64,000 nucleotides of DNA from an uncultured Pseudomonadota bacterium (GTDB lineage: Bacteria; Pseudomonadota; Alphaproteobacteria; Rhizobiales; Xanthobacteraceae): the NCBI GenBank assembly GCA_963782145.1, contig CAWAIV010000004.1, positions 376,550 to 440,549 on the forward strand, given 5' to 3'. Position 1 is the stretch's first letter, and every line of letters begins with the position of its first letter. Positions 1-11,273 of the stretch are shown here, piece after piece. Both the position numbers and the translations under genes were made by a program. The notes beneath the pieces were generated by a model. The model was not told the DNA's origin and ran no database searches. It was given only the letters and a program-made list of their open reading frames with translations.

Positions 1-58
1 GTGGAATAAGGCTCTGTGAAAATTGTTCAGGGAAACGATCCAAGGGAGGGAAACTCTA

Positions 59-1195
59 ATGGCTAAGAACAAGATAGCTTCGGCGGCCACCCGCCGTAAA
101 TTCCTCGGCGGTGCCGCTGTTGCCGGCGTCGCCACCATCGCCATGCCGCAGGTGTCGCGCGCGCAGACGGTAACCCTGAAGGTACAGAGCGGCTTCGGCG
201 CCACCGACATTCTCAGCGACTACGGCAGGAACTATTCGGCCAAGGTCAACGAGATGGGCGGCGGCCGTCTGAAGATCGACTTCCTCAATGCCGGCTCGGT
301 GGTGAAGGCGTTCTCGGTGATGGACGCGACCTCGTCGGGCGTGCTCGACGGCAACTACAGCGTGCCGGCCTATTGGTACGGCAAGCATCGCGCCGCCTCG
401 CTGTTCGGCACCGGGCCGGTTTACGGCACCACCGCCAGCAACTTCATGGGCTGGTTCTACTATGGCGGCGGCGACAAGCTCTATCGCGAGCTGACCCAGG
501 ACATCCTCAAGCTCAACGTGGTCGGCTTCTACGTATTCGCCATGCCGACCCAGCCGCTCGGCTGGTTCAAGAAGGAAATCCACGGCCCCGGCGACTTCAA
601 GGGCCTCAAATACCGCACCGTCGGTCTCGCCTCCAACGTCATGCAGGCGATGGGCGCGAGCGTTGCCCAGTTGCCTGGGCCGGAAATCCTGCCGGCGATG
701 GAAAAGGGCGTGATCGACGCGTTCGAGTTCAACAATCCGACCTCGGACAGCCGTTTCGGCGCGCAGGACGTGGCCAAGTACTATTATCTCGGCTCGTACC
801 ACCAGGCGTCGGAAGCCATCGAAGTCGTCTTCAACAAGGCGAAGTACGACAGCTTGGCCAAGGAGCAGCAGCAGATTCTCAAGCTGGCCGGTGAAGCGTC
901 CAATTCGGACAACATCTGGAAGGCGTGGGACATCTACTCGCGCGACCTCGAGACCTTGATCAACAAGCACGGCGTCCACGTCAAGCGCACGCCGGAGTTG
1001 ATCTTCAAGGCCCAGCTTGCGGCCTGGGACAAGGTCATCGCGCAGATCAGCTCCGACTCCAATCAGGGTCCCTTCATCAAGAAGGTGCTGGAAAGCCAGA
1101 AGGCTTGGGGCAAGCGCGTCGCGTTCTACAACATCAATAACGACGCCGACTACAAGTCCGCCTATGAGCACTACTTCGGCCCGATGAAGGTCTAA
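59..1195 (+). CDS. dctP: TRAP transporter substrate-binding protein (DctP, TakP-like), Tat-exported
   Basis: TRRKFLGG twin-arginine signal; FKGLKYRT and GVIDAFEF motifs; GGGAGGG RBS before the ATG at 59; followed by small and large permeases. Confidence 0.92.
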   Translation: MAKNKIASAATRRKFLGGAAVAGVATIAMPQVSRAQTVTLKVQSGFGATDILSDYGRNYSAKVNEMGGGRLKIDFLNAGSVVKAFSVMDATSSGVLDGNYSVPAYWYGKHRAASLFGTGPVYGTTASNFMGWFYYGGGDKLYRELTQDILKLNVVGFYVFAMPTQPLGWFKKEIHGPGDFKGLKYRTVGLASNVMQAMGASVAQLPGPEILPAMEKGVIDAFEFNNPTSDSRFGAQDVAKYYYLGSYHQASEAIEVVFNKAKYDSLAKEQQQILKLAGEASNSDNIWKAWDIYSRDLETLINKHGVHVKRTPELIFKAQLAAWDKVIAQISSDSNQGPFIKKVLESQKAWGKRVAFYNINNDADYKSAYEHYFGPMKV

Positions 1196-1211
1196 TCGGG
1201 ATCCATCGAAA

Positions 1212-1240
1212 TCGCCGGGGTGGCTGCGCCGCCCCGGCGA
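1212..1240 (+). terminator. Stem-loop between dctP and dctQ (partial terminator or mRNA stabiliser)
   Basis: TCGCCGGGG...CCCCGGCGA inverted repeat just after the dctP stop; only a short T run follows. Confidence 0.45.
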
Positions 1241-1274
1241 GTTTGTGCGCAGAATTTAGCGGCGAGAATCTTCC

Positions 1275-1880
1275 GTGGAACAATTTCTGCTGTTCATCGA
1301 CCGCCTCAGCGCGGGCGTTGGCAAGGCGTTCGGCTGGTGCATCGTCATCATGACGCTGGGCACGTGCTACGACGTGTTCATGCGCTACGTGTTGCGCGCG
1401 CCCACCGACTGGGCCTTCGACATGAGCTATTTCATGTATGGCGCGCTGTTCATGATGGCCGGCGCCTACACCTTGTCGCGCAACGGCCACGTGCGCGGCG
1501 ATGTCATCTATCGGCTGACGCCCTACCGTGTGCAGGCGGCGGTCGATCTCGTTCTCTACATCATCTTCCTGGCGCCCGGCTTCACCGCCTTGTTGATCTA
1601 CGGCATTCCTTACGCGCATATTTCCTGGCAGATTCATGAAGTGAGCATCTACGCCCCGACCGGGGCGCCGGTCTACCCGCACAAGACGCTGATCCCGATC
1701 GCGGCCGCGCTGATGCTGCTGCAATGCTTCGCGGAAATCGTTCGCTGCATCATCTGCCTGCGCGACGGCGTCTGGCCGCAGCGGCTGCATGACGTGGAAG
1801 AGATGGAATCCGCCATTCTGGCCGAAGCGGAGGACCGCCGGCGCATCGAAGAAGAAATGCACGTGGGGGCTTCGCGATGA
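1275..1880 (+). CDS. dctQ: TRAP transporter small permease
   Basis: 4 TM helices, GHVR(G)D motif, position in the operon. Confidence 0.9.
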   Translation: MEQFLLFIDRLSAGVGKAFGWCIVIMTLGTCYDVFMRYVLRAPTDWAFDMSYFMYGALFMMAGAYTLSRNGHVRGDVIYRLTPYRVQAAVDLVLYIIFLAPGFTALLIYGIPYAHISWQIHEVSIYAPTGAPVYPHKTLIPIAAALMLLQCFAEIVRCIICLRDGVWPQRLHDVEEMESAILAEAEDRRRIEEEMHVGASR

Positions 1881-3202
1881 CGTTCACCAATCCCGAAGTC
1901 GGGATGATCCAGCTTGTTTCGTTCATCGTCATCGTGCTGCTTGGCTTTCCCATCGCCTTCACGTTGGTGGCCATGGGAGTCTTCTTTGGCCTCTACGCCA
2001 TGGGGCCGCGCATCTTCGACTTGCTGGTCACCAACACCTACGACGTCATGTCGAACGACGTGCTCACCGCGGTGCCGTTGTTCCTCTTCATGGGCTACGT
2101 GGTCGAGCGCGCCAACATTCTCGACCGTCTGTTCTTTTCCATCCAGATGGCGGCGCGCCGCGTACCGGGCGCGCTGGGCGTCGCCACGCTGATCACCTGC
2201 GCCTTGTTTGCCACCGCCACCGGCATCGTCGGCGCGGTGGTGACGCTGATGGGCCTGCTCGCCTTTCCCGCCATGCTGCGCGCCGGCTACGATACCAAGC
2301 TGGCGGCCGGCGTGGTCTGCGCCGGCGGCTGCCTCGGCATCATGATCCCGCCGAGCGTGCTGCTCATTCTCTACGGTGCGACGACGTCGGTCTCCGTGGT
2401 TCAGCTCTATGCCGCGGCGTTCCTGCCCGGTTTCCTGCTGGCGGGGCTTTACATCATCTATGTCATCGGTCGCGCGATCATCGACCCGAGCCTGGCGCCG
2501 CGGCCCAAGGAGCTCGATCGCAAGATACCGTTCACCGAGGTGTTCTGGGCCTTGTGCACCTCGTTCTTCCCGCTCGCCGTCCTCATCCTCTCGGTGCTCG
2601 GCGCCATCATCTTCGGCCTGGCGACGCCCTCGGAAGCCGCCGCGGTGGGCGCTGCCGGCTCGGTGCTGTTGGCCGCTCTCTACAAGTCGCTGACCTTCCA
2701 GCGCCTGAAGGAAGCGGTGTTCCTGACCGCGCGCGCCTCGGCCATGGTCTGCTACCTGTTCATCGGCTCGTGGACCTTCTCCTCGGTGTTTTCCTATCTC
2801 GGCGGCCACGAGGTGATCGAGCACTGGGTCGACGGCATGCATCTGACGGCCACGGCGTTCCTCATCCTCGCCCAGTTCATCATCTTCCTGCTCGGCTGGC
2901 CGCTGGAATGGACCGAGATCATCATCATCTTCGTGCCGATCTTCCTGCCGCTGCTCAAACATTTCCAAATCGACCCGATCATCTTCGGCATTCTGGTCGC
3001 GCTCAACATCCAGACCTCGTTCAATACGCCGCCAATGGCCATGGCGGCCTACTATCTCAAGGGGGTGGCGCCCCCGCATGTGAAGCTGACCGAGATCTTC
3101 GCCGGAGCGTTGCCGTTCGTCTTCATGGTGTTCATCACCATGGCGCTGATCTACATCTTCCCGGGCATCGCGCTCTGGATGCCGCATCAGCTCTACAGGT
3201 GA
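1877..3202 (+). CDS. dctM: TRAP transporter large permease
   Basis: Highly hydrophobic; GCLGIMIPPS, ATPSEAAAVG and TSFNTPP motifs; ATGA overlap with dctQ. Confidence 0.93.
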   Translation: MTFTNPEVGMIQLVSFIVIVLLGFPIAFTLVAMGVFFGLYAMGPRIFDLLVTNTYDVMSNDVLTAVPLFLFMGYVVERANILDRLFFSIQMAARRVPGALGVATLITCALFATATGIVGAVVTLMGLLAFPAMLRAGYDTKLAAGVVCAGGCLGIMIPPSVLLILYGATTSVSVVQLYAAAFLPGFLLAGLYIIYVIGRAIIDPSLAPRPKELDRKIPFTEVFWALCTSFFPLAVLILSVLGAIIFGLATPSEAAAVGAAGSVLLAALYKSLTFQRLKEAVFLTARASAMVCYLFIGSWTFSSVFSYLGGHEVIEHWVDGMHLTATAFLILAQFIIFLLGWPLEWTEIIIIFVPIFLPLLKHFQIDPIIFGILVALNIQTSFNTPPMAMAAYYLKGVAPPHVKLTEIFAGALPFVFMVFITMALIYIFPGIALWMPHQLYR

Positions 3203-3205
3203 CGC

Positions 3206-4540
3206 GTGGCAGACAGCGCGTTACTCGAACTCACCGCCCTGGCGGCGGCTGAGCGCATCGCCAGCGGCGAGATTTCCGCGGAGGATTATACCGGCGCCTG
3301 CCTCGAGCAGATCGCATCGGTCGACGACAAGGTGAACGCCTTCGTGCATCTCGATCCCAACGAGGCGCTGGCGCAAGCACGCGCGCTTGACGAGCGCCGC
3401 CGCGACGGCGCCGCGCTGGGGCCGCTGCACGGCGTGCCGGTGGCGATCAAGGACATCATCGACACCGCCGATTATCCGACCGAATGCGGCTCCGCCATTC
3501 TCGCCGGCCGCCGGCCGATGCGCGATGCGACGGTGGTGGCGCGGCTGCGCGCGGCCGGCGCGGTCATCATCGGCAAGACGGTGACCACCGAGTTCGCCTA
3601 TTACCATCCCGGAGCGACGCGCAACCCGCACGATCTGTCGCGTACGCCGGGGGGGTCCTCATCCGGCTCGGCGGCGGCGGTGGCCGCCGGCATGGTGCCG
3701 CTCGCGGTCGGCTCGCAAACCAACGGCTCGGTGATCCGTCCGGCCTCCTTTTGCGGCGTGTATGGCTGCAAGCCGACGCACGGCACTATCTCGCGCCACG
3801 GCGCGCTGATCTTGTCGCAGGCGCTCGATCACGTCGGCGTATTCGCGCGCTCGCTCGGCGACACCGCCCTGCTGCTCGACGTGCTGGCCGGCTTCGATCC
3901 GCACGACAGCGATACGCGCTGCGTGGCGGCGTCGGCCTTCCTGGAGACGGCCGCCGAAGAGCCGCCGCTGCCGCCGCGCTTTGCCTTCGTGCGCACGCCG
4001 GTATGGGATAAGGCCGACGTCGAAGCGCGCGCCGCCTTCGAGGATCTGGTTGGCCGGCTGGGCGATCGCGCCGGCACCGTCGATCTCGGGCAAAGCTTTG
4101 CCGCCGCCTGGGACGACCAGCGCGCGCTCATGGCCGCCGACATGGCGCATAACCTCAACGCGGTGGTGGCGCGCGGCGGCGATGCCGCGAGCCAGACCTT
4201 GCGCGATTTCCTTGCCGAAGGCAGCGCGGTGACGGCGGTGCGCTATTTAGCGGCGCGCGACAATGCCAAGCGCTACGCCGCCGGCATGGCCGAGATATTC
4301 AAGGAATACGACGCCATCATCACACCGGCGACCACCGGCGTCGCACCGACGAGCGAGACGACCGGCAGCCCGATCTTCTGCTCGCTGTGGTCGTTGACCG
4401 GCCTGCCGGCGCTGTCGCTGCCGCTGCTCAATGGCGAGGGCGGTTTGCCGATCGGCGTGCAGCTCATCGGCGAGCGCGGCGACGACGCGCGCCTGCTGCG
4501 GACGGCAAACTGGCTGATCGAGACTATGGCCGGGCTTTAG
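3206..4540 (+). CDS. Amidase signature family protein
   Basis: GVPVAIKD, PGGSSSGS and GSQTNGSVIRPAS (Lys-Ser-Ser triad). Confidence 0.9.
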   Translation: MADSALLELTALAAAERIASGEISAEDYTGACLEQIASVDDKVNAFVHLDPNEALAQARALDERRRDGAALGPLHGVPVAIKDIIDTADYPTECGSAILAGRRPMRDATVVARLRAAGAVIIGKTVTTEFAYYHPGATRNPHDLSRTPGGSSSGSAAAVAAGMVPLAVGSQTNGSVIRPASFCGVYGCKPTHGTISRHGALILSQALDHVGVFARSLGDTALLLDVLAGFDPHDSDTRCVAASAFLETAAEEPPLPPRFAFVRTPVWDKADVEARAAFEDLVGRLGDRAGTVDLGQSFAAAWDDQRALMAADMAHNLNAVVARGGDAASQTLRDFLAEGSAVTAVRYLAARDNAKRYAAGMAEIFKEYDAIITPATTGVAPTSETTGSPIFCSLWSLTGLPALSLPLLNGEGGLPIGVQLIGERGDDARLLRTANWLIETMAGL

Positions 4541-4549
4541 CCCGCGGGC

Positions 4550-4729
4550 CTATTTGTCGTTGCGCTTGAAGAGCGGCTTCCAGTCGTCGACCCAGAACGC
4601 CCACAGCATGAGGGAGAGGCCGATCAGCGAGACGATCCACAGCGGGACCGTACTCAGCTTGGCCGCGATCAGCGCGATATAGCCGATCAAGATCACGGCT
4701 CCGATTGCCGCCGTCACCGCATCTGCCAT
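4550..4729 (-). CDS. Small 59-aa two-TM membrane protein (absent from the ORF track)
   Basis: Hand translation MADAVTAAIGAVILIGYIALIAAKLSTVPLWIVSLIGLSLMLWAFWVDDWKPLFKRNDK; GAGGGA RBS; host-like GC3 codons. Confidence 0.7.
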   Translation of the reverse strand: MADAVTAAIGAVILIGYIALIAAKLSTVPLWIVSLIGLSLMLWAFWVDDWKPLFKRNDK

Positions 4730-4814
4730 GGCCGTTCCCTCGTCGCGATTTCCTACTGTTTGACCGCCAGTCTAGCGTGGCGGACCGCCACGCACCACCC
4801 TTTTTGCAGGCTTT

Positions 4815-5681
4815 TCACGTCGGCGCTGCGCCGAGCTGCTGCTTGAAAAAGGCGATGGTCCGGCTCCAGGCGAGCGCGGCGGCCGGTTTGTCGTAGCGGC
4901 TCGAGGTGTCGTTGTTGAAGGCGTGATTGACGTTCGGATAGACGTAAAGGGTGAAGCGCTTGTGCGCCGCCTTGAGCGCGGCCTCATAGGCGGCGATGCC
5001 GGCATTGATGCGGCTGTCGAGCCCGGCATAGTGCAACAGCAGCGCCGCCTGGATCGAAGGCACCTGCGCCGCCGGCGGCTGCAAGCCGTAATAGGCAACG
5101 CCGGCAGCAAGGTCGGGCGCCAGTACCGCCACGCGGTTGACCATGCCGCCGCCCCAGCAGAAGCCGACGGCGCCGACCTTGCCGGTCGACTCCGCGTGGT
5201 GCGCGAGGAACGGCACCGCGGCGGCGATCCGGTGCGCGGTCTCGTCGGCGTTCAATGTGCCGATCATCTCGCGGCCCTTGTCCTCGTCGGCCGGCGTGCC
5301 GCCGAGCGGCGACAACATGTCGACGGCGAGTGCGAGGAAACCTTCGAGCGCGACGCGCCGCGCCACATCCTTGATGTGCGGATTGAGCCCGCGGTTTTCG
5401 TGGATGACGATGACCGCCGGGCGTTTGCCTTTTGCCTTCGGCCGCGCCAGATAGCCGCTCACCTTCACGTTCGTCGCGTCATAGCTGACGGTGTCGATGG
5501 CCAGCCGCGCGTCATCGGGTGCAATGATGGCAGCCTGCGCATAGTCGTTCTGCATCAGCGCCAGCAGCGACAGCGCGGCGGCGCTGGAACCGGCGATCTC
5601 GGTGAGGCGGTCGAGAAATTCCCGGCGGTTGATGCCGCCATGGGTAAAGCGGTCGTAGAGCTCGATGATACGCTGATCCAT
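4815..5681 (-). CDS. Dienelactone hydrolase family protein (YghX-like)
   Basis: HENRGLNPHI, GFCWGG and HAFNND motifs; N-terminal INRREFL. Confidence 0.9.
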   Translation of the reverse strand: MDQRIIELYDRFTHGGINRREFLDRLTEIAGSSAAALSLLALMQNDYAQAAIIAPDDARLAIDTVSYDATNVKVSGYLARPKAKGKRPAVIVIHENRGLNPHIKDVARRVALEGFLALAVDMLSPLGGTPADEDKGREMIGTLNADETAHRIAAAVPFLAHHAESTGKVGAVGFCWGGGMVNRVAVLAPDLAAGVAYYGLQPPAAQVPSIQAALLLHYAGLDSRINAGIAAYEAALKAAHKRFTLYVYPNVNHAFNNDTSSRYDKPAAALAWSRTIAFFKQQLGAAPT

Positions 5682-5822
5682 GACGCTGCTCCGGCTTGGA
5701 CTGGCCGCTCAGTTTAACACAGCTTTGCCGGACTCTATTCCGCTTGACGGCGCCGGCCGTAGCGGCCATTTCACGCAAACGTCCTTGACGTCGCGTCCGC
5801 GGCAGTCACTTCGGAGCACAGC

Positions 5823-6272
5823 ATGACGTTTTCCCGCCTGTCCGCGGATCGTGGAACAATTGTCCGCGCGCTGGTCGCCGCCGGCCTATGCTTGGGCCTT
5901 GTCGCCGGCGCGGGGGCGGCCGGGCGTTTTCCCTTCGATCAGGACCTGTTGCTCGACACCGCGCCGATGCGACCGCTCAAGCGCGTGCCGGTGCTCAATG
6001 TCGCCAGCGACGGCAGCGCCACCATCTTTCTCTGGTGCCAGACCGTGCGCGGGCGCGTGCAACTCACCGACAGCGCGATCCGCATCGAGACCGGCCCGCT
6101 GCCCGACGCGCCGCCGCGTTACATGATCGAGGGACAATGCGCGCCCGCGCGCGTCGAGGCCGACCAGGCGACGCTTTCCCAACTCGCGCAGGTGACCGCC
6201 TGGCGGCGGCAGGGGCAGGCGGTGGTGCTGGAAGGGCCGACCCCGTTGAAATTCCGCCCGAGCGATCACTAG
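5823..6272 (+). CDS. Secreted protein, probable META/HslJ-like domain
   Basis: Signal peptide, two Cys, C-terminal W-R-x-x-G-x-x-x-x-L pattern. Confidence 0.6.
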   Translation: MTFSRLSADRGTIVRALVAAGLCLGLVAGAGAAGRFPFDQDLLLDTAPMRPLKRVPVLNVASDGSATIFLWCQTVRGRVQLTDSAIRIETGPLPDAPPRYMIEGQCAPARVEADQATLSQLAQVTAWRRQGQAVVLEGPTPLKFRPSDH

Positions 6273-6313
6273 CGCCGGCCGGCAAGCGCAATCGAAACTG
6301 ACGTCTGCCGTCG

Positions 6314-6346
6314 AAAACAAAAAGGGCGCGGCCGAAGCCGCGCCCT
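6314..6346 (-). terminator. Rho-independent terminator of groESL
   Basis: On the minus strand AGGGCGCGGC-TTCG-GCCGCGCCCT followed by a T-rich tract. Confidence 0.85.
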
Positions 6347-6372
6347 GATGTCGTTTGCCGTGTGCGGCAGGA

Positions 6373-8016
<1,644 letters not shown>

Positions 8017-8041
8017 TTACTCCGATTGGGGTGTGACTCGA

Positions 8042-8152
8042 TCCGTCATCCTGAGGTGCGAGCGAAGCGAGCCTCGAAGGATGACGGGCAGTAGTGTTGG
8101 GGCCGTTCATCCTTCGAGGGCCGGCTTAAGCCGGCCGCCTCAGGATGACGGA
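8042..8152. repeat. GTC-tagged palindromic doublet (MITE/REPIN-like) between groES and groEL
   Basis: Perfect 15-bp terminal inverted repeat TCCGTCATCCTGAGG...CCTCAGGATGACGGA with internal hairpins; related copy at 54405-54503. Confidence 0.85.
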
Positions 8153-8164
8153 ACGGGCGTGGCG

Positions 8165-8461
8165 TTACGCGATCACGCCCATGATGTCGGACTCCTTCAT
8201 GATCAGGAGCTCCTCGCCATCGATCTTGACCTCGGTGCCCGACCACTTGCCGAACAGCACGCGGTCGCCGCCCTTCAGGTCGATCGGGATCAGCTTGCCG
8301 GCTTCGTCGCGGCCACCGGGGCCGACGGCGACGATTTCGCCCTCACTCGGCTTTTCCTTGGCGGAGTCGGGAATGATGATGCCGCCCTTGGTCTTTTCTT
8401 CGGCATCGATACGGCGCACGACCACGCGGTCGTGTAGGGGACGGAACTTGGTCTTGGCCAT
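8165..8461 (-). CDS. groES: Co-chaperonin GroES
   Basis: [15 protein letters not shown]...GGIIIPD...ESDIMG; GAGGAAG RBS supports the 8461 start. Confidence 0.98.
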   Translation of the reverse strand: MAKTKFRPLHDRVVVRRIDAEEKTKGGIIIPDSAKEKPSEGEIVAVGPGGRDEAGKLIPIDLKGGDRVLFGKWSGTEVKIDGEELLIMKESDIMGVIA

Positions 8462-8525
8462 GGGCTTCCTCGTCGGCGCGCCTGCGGCGCGTGGATTTGA
8501 CTGAAACTGTCGGTTTGACAAGCCC

Positions 8526-8552
8526 TTAGCACTCAAATGGTGAGAGTGCCAA
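8526..8552 (-). promoter_or_regulatory. CIRCE element (HrcA operator)
   Basis: TTAGCACTC-N9-GAGTGCCAA, one mismatch to the TTAGCACTC-N9-GAGTGCTAA consensus, upstream of groES. Confidence 0.95.
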
Positions 8553-8565
8553 AAAGCTGGGTGGG

Positions 8566-8594
8566 AGATATTGTCTTAACGGCGGGGTGTCAAG
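8566..8594 (-). promoter_or_regulatory. Putative groESL promoter (-35/-10)
   Basis: Minus strand CTTGAC...CAATATCT just upstream of CIRCE; resembles alphaproteobacterial RpoH/RpoD promoters. Confidence 0.55.
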
Positions 8595-8710
8595 CTTGTA
8601 CCGGCGAATCAGCCGCGGAGCCGGCCGCCAGCGTTAACCGGATATGGGCGCTTGCGGGGGCCGCCAAGCCCCGCCAAAGTCATCCCGGCCCAAGCCGGAA
8701 GGAGCCTCGA

Positions 8711-9304
8711 TTGCGTCACCGTTCCCGTCCTCTCGTGTCGACCCTGTTGGCCCTTGCCGTCATCGGCTTGGCGCTTGCCGGCTGCGCCACCGCCCAGCAG
8801 CCGGAGCAGCCGCCTCCTCCTCCGGTGACGCCGACCCTGCCGCCGGCCTTCCCGCCGCAGGACCTGATCGGGCGCTGGGGCCTCACCGCCTATCACCAGG
8901 AGGCCGACCGCGATCGCACGGTGGCGGCGGCGGCCGGTCAATGCACCAATCCCTACATCATCACGCCCAGCCCCACCGGCGGGGTGATGATGCATCTCGC
9001 CGACCAGGCGACGCCCAGCGATCTGCACCTCAAGGGCGCGCCCGGCGGCAAGACCTATATCGGCCTGCCCAACGAGCCGCCCGGCAGCGCCCAGGACCGC
9101 CTGGTCGTCAGTTTCGACGGCCGCGTGCTGATCCTGCGCTGGATGGATCCGGAGGTGCAGGGCCGCTACGGCAGCATGGTCTATGTGCGCTGCGGGCCCG
9201 AGGGGCAGAAGCCGGGGCATAAGCCGCGCGGCAAGGCGAAGCCCAAGGCGAAACCCAAGCCGAAAGCAAAGCCAAAGCCGACACCCCCGAAGCCGGCCGG
9301 CTGA
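8711..9304 (+). CDS. Hypothetical lipoprotein with Pro-rich linker and Lys/Pro-rich tail
   Basis: GGAAGGAG RBS before TTG at 8711; lipobox LAGC; KPKAKPK repeats. Confidence 0.75.
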   Translation: MRHRSRPLVSTLLALAVIGLALAGCATAQQPEQPPPPPVTPTLPPAFPPQDLIGRWGLTAYHQEADRDRTVAAAAGQCTNPYIITPSPTGGVMMHLADQATPSDLHLKGAPGGKTYIGLPNEPPGSAQDRLVVSFDGRVLILRWMDPEVQGRYGSMVYVRCGPEGQKPGHKPRGKAKPKAKPKPKAKPKPTPPKPAG

Positions 9305-9328
9305 CGCCGTCATATAGGCCCCTTTGGC

Positions 9329-10519
9329 ATGACCGCTTTCCGCGATGTCATCCATGGGCCATGGCGCGCGGTGCCGGTACTCGGCGTCACGCAGATCCTG
9401 TCCTGGGGCACGATCTTCTACACGCCGGTGCTGATGGTGCCGCTGATCGTTGACGAGCGCGGCTGGTCCATCGCCTTCGGGATGGGCGGCTTCTCGGTTG
9501 GGCTGCTCACCGCCGGGCTGGTGGCGCCCTATGTCGGCCGCTCCGTCGACCGTTTCGGCGGCCATGTGGTGATGACGGTGGGCTCGCTGATCGGCGCCCT
9601 CGGCCTTTTCCTCATCGCGCAGGCGGAGAGCAAGCCGGCCTATCTCGCGGTCTGGATGGTGCTCGGCGTCGCCATGGCGGCGAACCTCTACGATGCGGCC
9701 TTCGCCAGCCTCGGCCGCATCTTTGGCGCCGCCGCGCGACGGCCGATCACCGCGCTCACGCTTGCCGGCGGCTTCGCCTCGACCGTGAGCTGGCCGGCCA
9801 CGCATTTCCTGCTCGAAGGGGTCGGCTGGCGCGGCACCTATCTCGTCTATGCCGCGGCCTTGGCGTTGGTCTCGGCGCCGCTGCACGCGCTGGCGCTGCC
9901 GCGCGGTCGCTTCCAGGCCGAACCGGCCACGCCGAACGCGCCGCAAATACCGGTTACGGTACTGCCACCGCATGGCCTGCCCTTCATCCTGGTTGCCTCG
10001 GCTTTCGCCTCCTACGCCTTCGTGCCATCGGGCCTGTCGGCGCACCTCCTGGCGATCTTCGGCCGTGGCGGCATCGATGCCGGCACGGTGGTATGGATCG
10101 GCGCGCTGTTCGGTCCGGCGCAGGTCGGCGCGCGGCTCATCGAATTCGCTTTCGGCCGCGATCTGCATCCGCTGTGGGTGGCGCGCTTTGCGCTGACGGC
10201 GCTGCTCTTGGCCTTCGCGCTGCTGGCATTCGCCGGCATATCGGTACCGATGGCCGCTGCCTTCGCGCTGATGTTCGGCGGCGCCAACGGCCTCGTCACC
10301 ATCACGCGCGGCGCGGTGCCCTTGGCGCTGTTCGGTGCCGCCGGCTATGGCCGGCTGATGGGTCGGCTTGCCGGACCGTGGCTGGCGATGCAGGCGGCGG
10401 CACCGCTGGTCATGGCCTTTGTGGTCGAGCGCGTGTCCGATGCCGGCGCGCTGGCGCTCGCCGCCGCCTTCGTGGCACTGGCGCTGACCTGCTTTACCGT
10501 GATCAAGCGGCCCGTTTAG
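9329..10519 (+). CDS. MFS transporter
   Basis: About 12 TM; GRSVDRFGG motif A-like sequence. Confidence 0.9.
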   Translation: MTAFRDVIHGPWRAVPVLGVTQILSWGTIFYTPVLMVPLIVDERGWSIAFGMGGFSVGLLTAGLVAPYVGRSVDRFGGHVVMTVGSLIGALGLFLIAQAESKPAYLAVWMVLGVAMAANLYDAAFASLGRIFGAAARRPITALTLAGGFASTVSWPATHFLLEGVGWRGTYLVYAAALALVSAPLHALALPRGRFQAEPATPNAPQIPVTVLPPHGLPFILVASAFASYAFVPSGLSAHLLAIFGRGGIDAGTVVWIGALFGPAQVGARLIEFAFGRDLHPLWVARFALTALLLAFALLAFAGISVPMAAAFALMFGGANGLVTITRGAVPLALFGAAGYGRLMGRLAGPWLAMQAAAPLVMAFVVERVSDAGALALAAAFVALALTCFTVIKRPV

Positions 10520-11273
10520 CACGCGACCCTATCCCGCGGCGGCTGAAACGCCCGCGGGAATAGGCCAAGGCGTGTCGTTCGATCCAATTTTTCAGCAGAA
10601 TTGTTGGAATTCAGCCCCGACCCGAATGAGCCAATCGGCTGCCTGCAGCAGCTCGGCGCGACCGCTCCAGGGCGTTTCCGCCCAATGCCGCGTCAGCAAA
10701 ACCATCGCATTTTCAAAATACCGGTTGCTGCCGTGGCCGTTTATCAGCCGCTCCAGTGCGACGATGCAACGACCCCGGTCGATGCGCAGCATGCGGCGAC
10801 TTACGCGAGACGGTCCCTGAAGCGACTTGCGAATTGTTATCAACGCGGCTGCTCGATGAAGGCTTCCTGACGCGGACGATGCGCAATTCCCGCCGAACCA
10901 AGAAATGCTTTGCCGCTCATACGTTAGGAGTAGGCGGCCGGTTTCATGAGTAGCTTTCTCGATCGGCCTCATAAATAAATTATAAAAATCAATAAGAATA
11001 GCGCGTTGGCAAAACGCCTATGACCTTTTGTCTAATACGAATTGCGCACTGACATAAATCGAACCGCGCCTTAGCCTGCGTCTCCAGTGCCGCCAAAATC
11101 AATTTGCCACGTCTGCCGGCGCTCAACGATGGCTGCGCCGCAGTCCAACCTCGCGCAGCCGCAAGACGAGGAAACGCTGGTGGCAATTAAGCTCGTGAAA
11201 TCGTGACGGACTCCAGTCGCGCGTCAAGCGCGGCCGGTGGAGTCCGTTCTCACAGCACTTGGGGGGTAAAATC

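Noticed and set aside
10572-10972. Several overlapping 60-126 aa ORFs in the gap between the MFS genes
   Set aside because: No clear RBS, motif or host-like codon bias; none can be supported, though a small gene is not excluded.
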